Assembly (NCBI RefSeq): GCF_964355755.1
Contig: NC_092674.1
Location: forward strand, 28,272,001 to 28,336,000
From: Antedon mediterranea
Taxonomy: Eukaryota; Animalia; Echinodermata
Length of the DNA: 64,000 bases
Direction of reading: 5' to 3'
Below the pieces are notes generated by a model that did not search any database, had not been told where the DNA came from, and was given only the letters and a program-made list of their open reading frames with translations. Each line of letters begins with the position of its first letter. Positions within the stretch are counted from its first letter, which is position 1. Below, in pieces: positions 1 to 14,000 of the stretch. A program made the position numbers and the translations under genes.

Positions 1-1169
1 TCATCCCCCCCTCCCTCATCAAACAGTTACGGCGTCCCCACCCAATCGGAGCAAAACCTCATCAAGAACACACCACCAATCAAATACGACCCATAATGAA
101 ATTACAAATGAACTATTATTAAGTGCAAAGAACAATTGTCACTCATGTAATACATATGTTATTGGTATAATGTTAGCAAATATTTTAATGGTTATACCAA
201 GTACAATAATAGTTTATGAGTGAGATACCTTTAAACCAGAGACGCGAGGAGATCGTGCTCGGAATGTGCCCAGATGTTTCAACTAAAATCGGCACTTGAA
301 AAGGCGGACTTGAAAAGCCTAATTAAAAACCTGCGGTGATTTTTATTTTTAAATTAAATGGTACTATAATTTATGACTTCTGAGAAGAAACTCTATAAAC
401 TGTATGTCAACCGTTGTATTGACCAATAAAACAGTAAAGAAATGGAAATGGAAATGCTATCAAATATTGGCTCACATGTGCGAAATAAACGTTCATAAAT
501 ATTTTAATATTTTTTTATAAATAGTATTATAATCGTATACACATAAATAATGCATATTTAAAAAGATAGAATCTCGACCAAACCAAAACAGAATAAAGTA
601 TATATTATTCAACGATAAACATAAATATTTCAGATTTAAATTTAAAAAGATAACTTCTTTTCATTTTTCTTTAAAATGAAATACATATTATTCAACGACA
701 GATGGTTAAATAAATCATCATTAATTATGATGAATACGATGAATACGATTATTACGGATTAGACAATCTAAGATATAATCGCACTATTGTCCAACAGTAA
801 ACAAGCATTTTTAACGTCATTAACCATGACCATTTGCAAAAAAACGCGAAGCGGACGGATAGATACAAACTGTACGTGGGACAAGCTACGCGGTTTCCGT
901 TTTAGCGTCACCGCTCGTCTGTGTAAACAATTCAGATTTAACAAACAAGACAGAGAAGCGTTTTATTTCAGAAAAGCTCAATTTTATTGACATATTTCAG
1001 AAAATAAAAAATTGCACGATAAACATGACAAAATACTAAATATATAATATTAAACAGAAAACCAAAGCACTATTTTAATCAAAATGTATCTTCATTTCAT
1101 TGGCTTAATACTGAATAATTTGTAGCAATTACTTCACATCCATGTTTTATTATTATGATAAGTAAGGTT

Positions 1170-1305
1170 AAAGGTTAAACGGGACTGCTGACTCTTGTAG
1201 TTACAGTAATCGTATTACTTTAGCAGTCCCTGACCAATTTCATCTTTGTACATTGTATATATGTTTTGTTGGTCGAATAAATAAATGAAATGAAATTAAA
1301 TGAAA
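1170..1305 (+). mobile_element. 3' tail of a LINE/SINE downstream of the gene A stop codon
   Basis: Stem GGGACTGCT..AGCAGTCCC, then gtcgaataaataaatgaaatgaaa; the layout matches the tail at 43180-43312. Confidence 0.45.
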
Positions 1306-1470
1306 CGACAAATACTTAGAGGCAATTACTTTTTTTTACAAACTGCCATTTTAGCTCCATATCATTTAATAGGGTGATACCATTATAAAAGTAGTGAGAT
1401 TATGTTATCTAATATTACTCAGTAACAACAAATGAAGATTAACTTATAATAATACTGTGTAAAATTTCAT

Positions 1471-2081
1471 TTAAGGCCAATCACATACTTTTAAGTCGTC
1501 TTTCCATACAGTTCCTGGTCCACATATGAAATGATACGCATTGCCGTACGAACACATATACCACATGTTAGGGTCAGCAGGATCCGCAAACATACCATCT
1601 CCACGTCCCGTACACGAAAACTCTACTATAGTATTAACGGTCTCTTCAACAGACATCTGTCGATTCTCACAATCCACCAAATGCTCATGGTCGCAGACAG
1701 TTTTCTGGGCATGCCATTTGGTACCCTTCGGGCATGTGCGTACCCGTCGGTGGCCCTGCACATGACACAAAACAAACTTGGCACAATCAAAGGGATGTGG
1801 AAAATATCCGAAACGCTTTCCTTCGCAAAATGTATCGATGACACGTTTTTCCTCTGCCTTTTTCTCTTCATCTTCATTTACTGGTACGCTTATGATGTCA
1901 CATTTTGCTATGCTTGGCCAATCACAGCGCCGTATATTCTCGTTCCAATGAAGGCCATTGGGGCATCTTCGTTTGTGGTAGCCGTAATATTTACATTGGA
2001 TAAATTGTGAGCAATGCAACGGGTGGCCGAACATAAAACCGTAACGTCGGTTTTTACACAGTTTCAGTAAGTCAACATCAG
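1471..2081 (-). CDS. Terminal exon of gene A: three chitin-binding type-2 (peritrophin-A/CBM14) domains
   Basis: Three Cys-patterned repeats: [54 protein letters not shown] and [28 protein letters not shown]. Acceptor cttccccag|CT is phase 1. An in-frame TAA lies just upstream and there is no signal peptide, so this is an internal or terminal exon, not a separate gene. Confidence 0.88.
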
Positions 2082-5000
2082 CTGGGGAAGTAAAATATTA
2101 TTTGTTAGGGTAAAGTGCGTGTGCAGGGAAGGTTCGTGGATTAAATTTTTTAGTACAATTAATTCACAAAACAAGATAACAAGAAACGAAACAACAAAGT
2201 GCTGTGAAGACTGTGTTCAAACATAAAGTAGACCTTGTAAGTCTCCCAATAATGGCGGATGGAGCTTCCAGGTATTTTAAGCGACCCCTCATCTTCCGCT
2301 ATAGGTACGATTTCTCATGATTGGATATACAAAAGAAAAGATTTTGATAGCGCATACATTTCCCTTTTAAACCAACTAAGACCTTTTTGGTCAATTAGCT
2401 ACTACACCACTCCACGCATTATACGGCCTCCAAATACGTTGGGTCCTCTGGTACAGTATTGGAGGTTTTTTTAACTGCACAAACAGAAACAGCCATTGCA
2501 TAGCATCCATGCACATTACTAAACCAATTAGCATAAATTTAATAATTTCAAAGTTGTTTATTGACGTTCTTTCCCTAAGGTCTCTTAGGATATCTATCAA
2601 GTGATAGTTGCAGAATCTATCACATTAACTATGCCAGGTTCGTTAAGCATGCATAGCTGCGTCAATTACTGTTCGATACTACATAAAGTAATTATAAAAC
2701 TCCCAGCGACAATAGGATAGGACAGGAGGGTATTATAATTAGAAAATTACAGTACTAGAAAAGTTCAAATATTGGAATTAATAGAACGGAAGTGCTACAA
2801 CAATTATTAATGATGAAATGTACTATTAAAGAGGACGGCGAGTGGCCAAGCGGTTAAGACAGTGGAACCGTAATACCTTGCCATAATAACATCGGCAAGG
2901 GGTTCAAGCCCCTCTCACTCCTGGTGGTAGAACAAGTTTTTTCGGATAAGGACTATAAACCGTAGGTCCAGTGAACACATCTCGCTCATGTGCACTTAAA
3001 AGAACCTAGTAGGGGGTTACTCCGGTGTACAAGTATACACACAGCCACTGTCACTCATCCACTTGATTGTCAGCATATGCTGTTTACGGTCACCCTCTAT
3101 AAATAAGGTGTAATAAAATAAATAAGTAAAGTGCTTACCGATAACTTTGACGTTGAAATAGCATTGGTTCCGATTCCCATACTTATCGATGGCGGTACAA
3201 TTCACGACAGAGTCTCCGATAATGAAGCGTGAGGGTGACGTTGCGTTGCAAAATGATTGTACTTCTTCGTTAGAGTTATCCGACACATTTGGCGATTCCC
3301 AAGAAACTAATCCACGATTTGCGTTTTGCTCGGCGTCGACCGTGATATCATTTGGGCATTCAATAACAGGAGGTTCTTCATCTAAAAGTACAAACAACGT
3401 TTAATATGACATTTATATATTATTTTTTATCAATTTTAGAATTTTATATTTTTGCCCTATTGAAATTCCCATTCTTAAAATTGTTATGCCTTGCAAGATT
3501 TTATTCTTTAAGTTGAATTTTTTAATTTACATACGTCACATTCAACAGGGGGAATTTCACTAATTAAAGAATGGATAAACTATAATTTATTTTTATAAAC
3601 TCAAGTCTCATTTGAGGCTTAGAGAGTGGAGTAGTATAGTTACAACCAGGATTGAACCATGGACCTTGGGATTGGAAGGCAAGCATGTTAACCACCAAGC
3701 TACAGCTCTATTACATACATTTCTTTAATCAACATCTGAATACATGTAGGATTTTAATGAACTTACCAAAAACTTCAATATCAAACTTGCACACAGCGTA
3801 ATTTCCAGATCTGTCAATCGCTTCACACATGGTTTCGGTTCGACCAATCGTAAACATGTCCAAGGGACCAGGAGTGCAATCAACCGTTGGCTCGACGCCT
3901 GAATTGTCATGCACTCCTTCCAGGCTGAATTTCGGAATAGCCCACGGAACACCACGTCTTGTTGGTATCCTCATTGGAGGTGGACAGTTTATGATTGGCG
4001 GCTCAACATCTATGTAAAGAAAATAGTTTTTAATACAACTTTAGAAAAACTATTTGATATCAACTCTACTTGACATGAAAAGGCTAACATAAAGCTCTGT
4101 CTACACTATCAAACTAGTTTGACAACAAAAGTGTGATGGGCCAAATATGGTAGTGATATGACATCATCATGTCCATATATGGGCACATCACAATTCTTTG
4201 TCACATAAAGTTTGATAGTGTAGACAGAGCTTTAGAGAGGTTTCGATTTTTCTGGGAACTAGTTACATTATGTTAATTTATTGTGTACCTGCAGGGACAT
4301 TGGGACACAGTTTGATGGATTCTAGGGCCAAACAATGAACAATGACACAATGTGTGTAGATCATACACCAAGGTTGTCACAAATTAAAAACTCACTATTA
4401 TCTCTCAGCTAGGTAAAAAGAAAAATTAAGTAATAATGTATATACTATATCCTTGCAATAAGACTATATTTTTTTTACTTTATGTTTACATTTACATATA
4501 TTTTGTAATTGCAATAATTTTGTTTAATGATGACTATTACTTTACTTGTCTTTTGAATGTATATTGTCCCTTACCATGCAATTCAGCAGATTTGCTGCCA
4601 ATTGGTTTGTTTTTAATAAAGAATAAAGAAAAAGGTCAAATAGGGTCATTACCTTTTACAGTGATGACAAAATAGCATGGTTGTACATTGCCAGAAGAGT
4701 CGGTAGCCAAACACGTAACATTAGTGTTACCAATCGGTAACCGTGGAGGCTCATCGCAGGAAACAGTCACAGGTATACGGGAATTATCAGTCGCTTTTGA
4801 GACATTGTGAATAGCATTGGCGTAACTCAAAGATGGAAGTGTATTGAGTTCATAACTGGCTGGACACATTATTGTAGGCTTTTCATTGTCTGTGTAAGAT
4901 AATTAATTGGATGTGAAATCATAGTCTAAAATAGTTCCGACAAAAAAAAAGTAATGTGGCAAAATATGGTAGTAATATGACATCATCGTCTCCATAAATG

Positions 5001-8000
5001 GGCACATCACATTTTTCTTGTCACATAAAGTTTGATAGTGTAGATATTACTGTACTGTATGTACACAAAGCTCTGTTTACACTATCAAAGTAGTTTGACA
5101 AAAAAAAAGAGTAATCTGTCCAAATATGGTAGTGATATGACATCATCGTCTCCATATATGGGCACATCACATTTTTGTTGTCACATAAAGTTTGATAGTG
5201 TAGATATTACTATACTGTATGTACACAAAGCTCTGTTTACACTATCAAAGTAGTTTGACAAAAAAAAAAGAGTAATCTGTCCAAATATGGTAGTGATATG
5301 ACATCATCGTCTCCATATATGGGCAAATTTTGTTTGTCACATAAAGTTTGATAGTGTAGATATTACTGTACTGTATGTACACAAAGCTCTGTTTACACTA
5401 TCAAAGTAGTTTGACAAAAAAAAGAGTAATCTGTCCAAATATGGTAGTGATATGACATCATCGTCTCCATATATGGGCACATCACATTTTTTTGTCACAT
5501 AAAGTTTGATAGTGTAGATATTACTGTACTGTATGTACGCAAAGCTCTGTTTACACTATCAAAGTAGTTTGACACAAAAAAAGAGTAATCTGTCCAAATA
5601 TGGTAGTGATATGACATCATCGTCTCAATATATGGGCAAATTTTGTTTGTCAAATAAAGTTTGATAGTGTAGATATTACTGTACTGTATGTACGCAAAGC
5701 TCTGTTTACACTATCAAAGTAGTTTGACACAAAAAAAAGAGTAATCTGTCTAAATATGGTAGTGATATGACATCATCGTCTCCATATATGGGCACATCAC
5801 ATTTTTTCTTGTCACATAAAGTTTGATAGTGTAGATATTACTGTACTGTATGTACACAAAGCTCTGTTTACACTATCAAAGTAGTTTGACAAAAAAAAAA
5901 AGAGTAATCTGTCCAAATATGGTAGTGATATGACATCATCGTCTCCATATATGGGCAAATTTTGTTTGTCACATAAAGTTTGATAGTGTAGACATATCAA
6001 ACAAAATACAGTCAACTATCCCTAAAATCCTAAACAATATATAGACTGACAAACCTATTACTGCATGTACATAAAGAATATCAATAAAAATTAACTTTTA
6101 GACTAACCAACAACTTTGACGTCAAAGTTGCATTTCTCGGTGTTTCCGCTTGGGTCTTCTGCAAGACAGTAAACAGTCGTTGAACCAATTTGAAATTGTT
6201 GACCACTAATATGGTCACAAGCGACCTTCACAGTCTCTTGTGAATTGTCATACGTAGAGAGGGCGTTCCATCTAGCGATACCATAATCCATTCTGGGTTC
6301 AGTGAACATGATGACCTCTGCTGGACAAGTGATGGATGGACGTTGTTTGTCTGGATAAAGAAAATAGAAATTTTTATTCTAGCCATATTAAACTTTCAAC
6401 ATTTATTTTTGAAATTTATAGATTATATTATCTTGTACACTAAATCCCATGTTTTGGGATCATTCTATCCAAGACACATCCCTATTAAGAGGACATTTGT
6501 GAAAGCAAAAAAATAAGAGATAATATGTTGTAACACTATGGCCAAACCATAAGAAGACACTCCTATAGATTAGATTAACTATTAGGCTTTTTCTTTTGTT
6601 ATTTTATATATATGTTTTTATATTTATAAATCCAAAGGCAAATTACTGAAAAAGTGACAATGCTGTGGGTATCAGTGGCTGGATCTCAATGGAGATACAA
6701 AATAAAAGCGAAAAGCTAAATCAAAACGAGAAGTAAAACAGCCAGAAAAGTTAGCAGAGCTTTCGGGCAACACTAGCCCTTCATCAGTGCAGTGTTTTTA
6801 TATTTATATTTATATTTTCATCCTGTAATTGTTGTATACACTGTGGGATGTAAAAAAATAATTAAAAAATATAAATAAAATATATGTTTAATCAAAGGAA
6901 TACAGCTGAGGGGAACTTTTTTGGTACCAAAAGTGTCCCTCTAGGGATCTACTTTGTTTCCACTATACCTTTAACATCTACATTGAATGCGCACTCCGCC
7001 TCGTTCTGTGCCGCATCAACAGCTTTACAGATTACGATACTCAATCCTATATCAAATGAACTGCCTTGTTGCTTGTTGCAACTAACTACTGGTACAAGCT
7101 CAGAGTTATCTGTAGCTGTTGGTAATTGCCATGTTGTGGTAACATATTGCTCATCAGGGAATGTGTTTAATTCTATGTCTGATGGACACTGGATATCTGG
7201 AGCCTGAGTGTCTGCAAGAAATAATTAAGTTAAATGCAAGGTGCTTTAAAAGTGACAGATTCTAAAATATATTAATTGTCGTATTCGATATTGGGACTTT
7301 TTACCATTATTTAATGGAGTATTTTGAGATTATTATTAACGAAAAAGCTTCCATTGTCAACGTTTTCTATTCAAATGATGTTCTGTTGAGAACAATATTT
7401 GCCAATTGAATACAAAAAGTACTCAACGAATCTTTATGTTGACAACGAAAGTTCCCATTTGAATACAACAAATGCAATCAATATAATGCTCTGTATGTAT
7501 GCATTGTACTCCAACCAATAATAGTTTATCCATACTGTAATTGCCGAGTTTTTTGTCGCTGTTGGATGTTTTTCTTTGTAATTTCTTTTTGTTTTTTCTC
7601 TCAGCGCTTTGGGACAATCTTTTGATTGTATAAGCGCTATATAAATCGAACAATATTACATTACATGAAGTAAAAACATTTTTTTTTTAATAAATAAATA
7701 AATAACAAAAAATTATAATTTCACTTTCATTTTATTCTGTTTAGGTAAATATATTTATTTTCTAAACCCAATTTTTTATATTAAATAAACTCACCAATAA
7801 TGGTTACATTAAAGGAACATGTTCCGGTATTACCGCTGGAGTCGGTGGCCTGACAGTTGACCTTTAAACTACCAATTGATATGGAACGTCCACTAGTGTG
7901 ATCACATGACGCTGTTAGCACTTCAAATGAGTTGTCAGCCACTAATGGCGCTTGCCATGTGGCTAAACCGTCGGCCTCGTCCTGATTGGTTGGGAACGTT

Positions 8001-11000
8001 TGGGATGGTGGGCAGTACAATATTGGGTTTCCAATATCTGTAATAAAAACAGGTTTGAAATACTGTATTCTAAATAAGAAATAATAAAGATTTTGGTAAA
8101 TTATTTAAAAATTACTAAATTATAAGACAAATATAACTATAACAAATAGAACAAAAAAAAGAGTAAAAAATATATCAAAAAGCGATTGCTGATGAGAATT
8201 CGAAACTATAGAAAGGTTCACAAACTGCTACTCATTTCAAGATAAAAGAGTTCTATGAGATTTGAACCAAAACCTTGTGATTGTAAAGCTGCAATTTCGA
8301 ATTTTTTTACCTGCGACATAAACTGTAAACGAACATGAGGCTGCGTTGCCATATCCATCAGTAGCAATGCAATCGACCTTTGACATCTGGAGCGGCAGAT
8401 CAGAACCGGACGGTGGGTAGCATGCTGTTTTAACAGTACCAGAGTTATCATTGGCCTGTGGATTTTGCCATGTTACCTGTAGTGTTGAGTCAACGGCTGC
8501 TTTTGAGGTGATATTAGCAGGACAGGTAATTGTAGGTGGTACAGTGTCTAATACAAAAATATATCATTTATTTATTGGAGGAAAACTGCAGTTGCAATAT
8601 TAATATCATTTGTTTATAGTTGCTTTTTCCCAAAATTAACCAATGAAGTGTTTTTTTTTTGTTTTGCTCCAGAAAAATTAACCAATAATTATCTCCTTCA
8701 AATCAGATATTATCGGATAAATGTGATAATTTTTACCTTTAATTTGATGGATTGGTTAATTATTGGTTAATTTTTTGTTATTTTGTAATAATAAAGGTTT
8801 AACAATGAAGAAAAATCAAGAGTATAAACAACAGAATAGAATAGATAGATATTAATAATGATAATTCTGATGTAACAAATAACAAATCATGTATAAATAA
8901 AACAAGGATTTTAATGCTTCAAAAATACTCAATTTTATTGTACTTATTCCAAATAATTATTGTACTGTACTTCAGACAACACTAAAATATTTTAAATAAT
9001 TGAGCCTACCTGCCACACAACATGTGCAACATCCGTCAGCACAGGTAGATTCTATAGTTCCCTGGTAAAAAGTTATAATTTAGTTAGTTAAAAACTGAAA
9101 TTGCTAAGATAAAATTTAAGTTTGTACTTTTACGTTTAGTTTAAAGATGTATTGTCCCCCTGAAAATAATTTTTTTTAAAGTTTTTTTGTTGAATATGCC
9201 ATTTTAATGTTATATAATAGTTATTGACTTCGACCAAGAATTGGATCTGAAAAAAATGTATTTACATTAAAAAAACTGGAATTTATTAAAGCTACAAAAT
9301 AACCTATTCAAAGTCTGATTTAATTAATCTTTATTTTTCATGTTTTTGGGGGACAATACATCTTTAATGGAATCTGAGAACATATGAAGAATGACTGGGG
9401 GTATATATTGTAAATTGGTACACTAGTATTTGTATATTGATGTAAATGGTGTATGTTAATAGAGAGGTTTCACAACGCTACGAATACAATAATGAAAACG
9501 GATATGTCATACACACATATTTGATTTTGTAATCCAGTAACAATCTGTTTCGCATGGCAATGAAATATTGAGGGCACTGTCCAAAACAGGACATTAAAAA
9601 CTGCTACTCATCAAAATTGACCTGGCATTTTTAAATTACTTTTGGTAAATTACTTTCAATAAATCTATAATTATATTATAATCATGAATCATTCTTGATT
9701 CAATGCAAAATGTGCAAAATAGATAAAAAAAACTATACTCGTTTTGTAAAATGTAGTTACGAATATGACTGGTGATATTCGTCAACACGAATACGCTTTA
9801 CGAATATGAAATGGGGATCAGCTCAAAGCTTTCACAAATATGTGACGTATCCATTTTTGTTATCGTATTCATAGTGTTGCCAAACCTCCCTAATGTAGTT
9901 TGATAAACTTAATACTTACAACAGGACAACTGATTGGGGGGCATTGATATGGGGTACACGTAATGATACCCCCTTGGCAGGTACATTCCTCACAGCCTAC
10001 TCGCCAACTTTGATCGTTCTAACAAAATAATAATCTATATAAATATTTTTCATAATGATTTTTAAAATATTTGTCTTTTAATGCTTATTATTGCATTTTA
10101 AATTATCAATTTTCATAAGGTCTCAAATTGTTCTGATATGTGAAATAAACTATGAATTTATTTATTGGGTGAACAATTTAGAAAATGTTCATATATTTCT
10201 TACCCTGTAAATTATTCCATTTTCTTCACAAAATGATGTATCTAAAAACAAAAAAAGTTAAATGTGAAAGTATATAAAAGTTGAAAATATATATGTTCAC
10301 AATATTAAAAATGAAAATCAGAAACATTTCGTATAGCAGCATACTTATTATTATATGGAAGACAAGTAAGTATTACCTTTGCATGTGAGTCCCTGAAGGA
10401 AATAACCAGGTGGACACTGACATGTAAATGAACCCATGGTATTTGTACAGGTGTGGCTGCAACCGCCATTATTAGTATCGCATTCATTAATATCTGAAAA
10501 ATAACAAAAAATTAATCATTATAACAAAATCTACTGCAAAAGGTTGTTATTGTTAATGAATGCCTTTCAAATTATGATAGTGATGATAAGTTATAAATAT
10601 ATATAAAAAAACAAGTACAAAAAAGTTAATTAATTTGCCATAACTTATTTTAAAATGTGATACATACCAAACTGACATGTCTTGCCTGCGAAGCCAGATG
10701 TGCAGTAACATTTCGCTACAATGCCAGATATGAGACAGCTAGTCCCTTGCTGACAAGTGATGTCACTACATCCAGTAGTGGGCACCACACAGGTTCCTAA
10801 AAAATAAAAATATTTTATAAAGTTATTATAAGATTTTGCAACCTTGAAAGTACAGTGGTCTTACCACCACCAGCTTAAAAGATTATATTGTCCCCCTGAA
10901 AATGTTTCATTCATTTTAATGTCACATAATAGTTATTCACTTTACCAAAAATAGGATTGAAAAAAAAAATATTTACTTGAGGAAGCTGTAATTTAAAGCA

Positions 11001-14000
11001 AAAATAGTCAAATTGACTGGAAGTAAATGAGATTTTGGTTGAATTCAATTTGTCTTTTTATAAGTGAAAAACTTTTTTTTTACTCCAAAACTGCAAAATG
11101 ACCTATTCAAAATCTTTTTTCGATTAACCTTCATTTTTTTTTCTTCATGTTTTGGGGGACAATACATCTTAAGTTTTGCTCATGAAGTGTTTGCAATGAC
11201 ATCAAAGATACAAATGAGCTCAGTTTAAAAGTTTTAACTTTCAAAGTATAAATAAATAATATTATCAAACCTGCAGGTCGTGTTGTTGGCGCAACTGACT
11301 GGACATTGCCTGTCAAGCCTTCTTGTACTGCTGCCCAAGCTAAGACATTTCCTGAGAACTTGCAGTCGGTGTATACGGAGTGGATCTCATTAGCAGTCAG
11401 AGCATAATCCCATATATTCAGCTGAAAAACATAAGCACATCATTTATTGTACAAGTGTTGTTGCTAACAAACATTAAGCTCATTCAAGCTTTGGATATCT
11501 ACCTGGGTAAGTTGGTGTCACAGACCAATTATTGGTAAAGTTGGGGGTAAATAATTAAGTCCACCTTAAGGCCTTATCTACACTATCTTTATGTGTCAAA
11601 AAAATGTGATGTGCCCATATATGAGCATGATGATGTCATATTACTACCATATTTAAGGATAGCTCTACCATAATTTTGGGACCACTCTTATTTATACTTT
11701 ATGTAAATGATCTAACAAAGCATGTAAATAGTGTACAGATTAGTATGTATGCAGATGATACAGCTCTTTACGTTGCATCTTCTGATATAAATGAAGTACT
11801 TGCAAAAATTAATGAAGATTTTAAAAAAATCAAATCATGGCTAGCAAGTAACAAGCTTAGTCTAAATGTAAATGTTTATATTAGCAAACATTGATCTAAA
11901 TTTAAACATAGACAATGTTCGGCTACAAAGAGTAAAAAGCTGTAAACATCTAGGTGTTGTTATTGATGAATATTTACTGTGGGATAAACAAATAGATAAT
12001 GTTAAAAGTAAAGTATTGCCAGGCTTGTACTACTTAAAAAAATCTTCAAATCTCGTCCCAAAACATGTATCTTGCTTAATGTATAATAGTATTATCTCTC
12101 CACAGTTTAACTAATATAATAATATAATATTGTGTGGGGCAAATCAAATAAAAAAAAATACTAATAAACTACAAATGCTACAAAACAGAGCAGCCAAAAT
12201 TATTACAAAAACAAGGAAATACGACTCAAGTACACAAGCCCTGCAAAACTTAAACTGGATAAATCTTAATACTCAACTACATAATAATGAAGCCAAAATG
12301 TTATATAAAATATTCCATAATCAAGCACCGTCATATCTAAACGAACTATTTACACCCAAACTAGACACATACAATACAAGATCAAAGGATGTATTAAAAT
12401 TGGATAAACCCAAAACAGAATATAAAAAAAAAAGTTTTTCATATCATGGTGCTAGTTTATGGAATACTCTAAAAAAACCAATGCAAAATGCCACAAATTT
12501 AAATACTTAAAAAAAATTATTGGTGTGATTTATTATTTATTTTGTACTCTTAGCATAAATGTAATTAAGGTTTCTGTTCATATATTTTTGTTCTCTAATT
12601 TGTTATTTTTAAAATTTGTTATTTTAAAATTTGTAATGTATTACTGTTAGTTGATCACGGCCTTGTAGAAGAACACCTTTATGGTGACACAAGCTTTTCC
12701 GTGTTAAAATAAAGTATTTATTATTATTATTATATATATGGGCACATCAAGTTTGATAGTGTATACAAGGCTAAAGTGGTTTGCATTAAAAACTTTGATA
12801 GCAGAAGAGAAATGTAAATGCAATGGTCCATTGGAAACTGAGAATCCTACAGACAATGTTACACTAGAGTCAAGAAAAAAAGAAAAAAAAAAAGAAAAAA
12901 GATGAAGACTAAACACAAGTTGTTCTTACCTGGTTTAGAGTACCAATAAATGCCTCATTGCGGACAAATGATCCTCCATAGCTATCCTGTTCCTGGCCTA
13001 CAACAAAGATTCCTCCTCCTTTGATGACATGGCCGGATTGAAGGCCAGTTCCCTGTTTTTGTAGTACATCATCCATGTAAATAAACCATGATCCGGATAG
13101 ACTTTCCCAGGTCAAAGCAATATGATGCCAAGCTGAGTTACTGTGAATATTAACATCAGTGTTTAGGGGAGGAGTAGATAAAATTAAGTTGCAAAGGGGC
13201 TCCATCTTGGTCCATTTGGTATCCTCTACAACTAGCTGTACTATGTAATTGCATTGGTTGGGATAAGGGTGTTGTGTTACAATTACATATGATTTTAGTG
13301 TGTTGCACATCTAAATAGTATATAAGTTAGTTTGAACTTAAATAATATACAAGACATTGTCCATTTTTAAGTTTGAACTTAAATACAATAGAACCTCTAT
13401 TAAGAAAACACTTTCTGGTCTAAAAGTGTCCCCTTACTTTTAGACCAGAAAGTGTTTTCTTAATAGAGGTGTCCCTGAATAGGGATTGGCCATAGTGTTA
13501 AAACATATATTGCCCCTCGTTTGTTAGAAAAGTGTGCTTTTACCTTTTGGGGTGTCCCCTTAATAGAGGTGTAACCTTAATGAAGTGTCCAGTTAAAGTG
13601 GTGTCCCCTTAATAGGGGTCTCTCCTTAATGGGTTGTCCCCTTAATGGGGGTCTATCTTTAATGGGGTGTCCCCTTAATAGGGGTGTCCCCTAAATAAAG
13701 CGTTCCAAAGTAGGTAATTAAGAGCAAGAAACCATACCTATTTGCTTGAACATATGTAAAAGCTGCCTCGCCATTGACATAGAAACTGAAACTATTGTAA
13801 TCTTGCAGCGTGAGTGCGTTGTCCACCACAACGCCCATGTCGTCCCTCGTTGAATACGATATCGGACAACCGTAGTTGTCTTTGTCTGCGGTTTTCATCC
13901 AAAATGTGATTGTAAACTCGTACAAGTCTGGGATGCCTCCTAACCGGCAATAGTTACTGACACTCGCTGACAGGAAATTTAAATCATAATTTGATGTCAG

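Noticed and set aside
1531-2010. 159-aa + strand ORF, and similar + strand ORFs at 3189, 6884, 34653 and 45203
   Set aside because: These are antisense shadows of real minus-strand exons and have no recognisable motifs.
1471-2034. Chitin-binding ORF as an independent 187-aa gene
   Set aside because: The Met lies inside the first domain and there is no signal peptide. A good phase-1 acceptor at 2081 matches the donor of the preceding HYR exon.
2831-2925. Functional tRNA gene
   Set aside because: It has A and B boxes but no clean cloverleaf, and it continues into a SINE core present in several copies.
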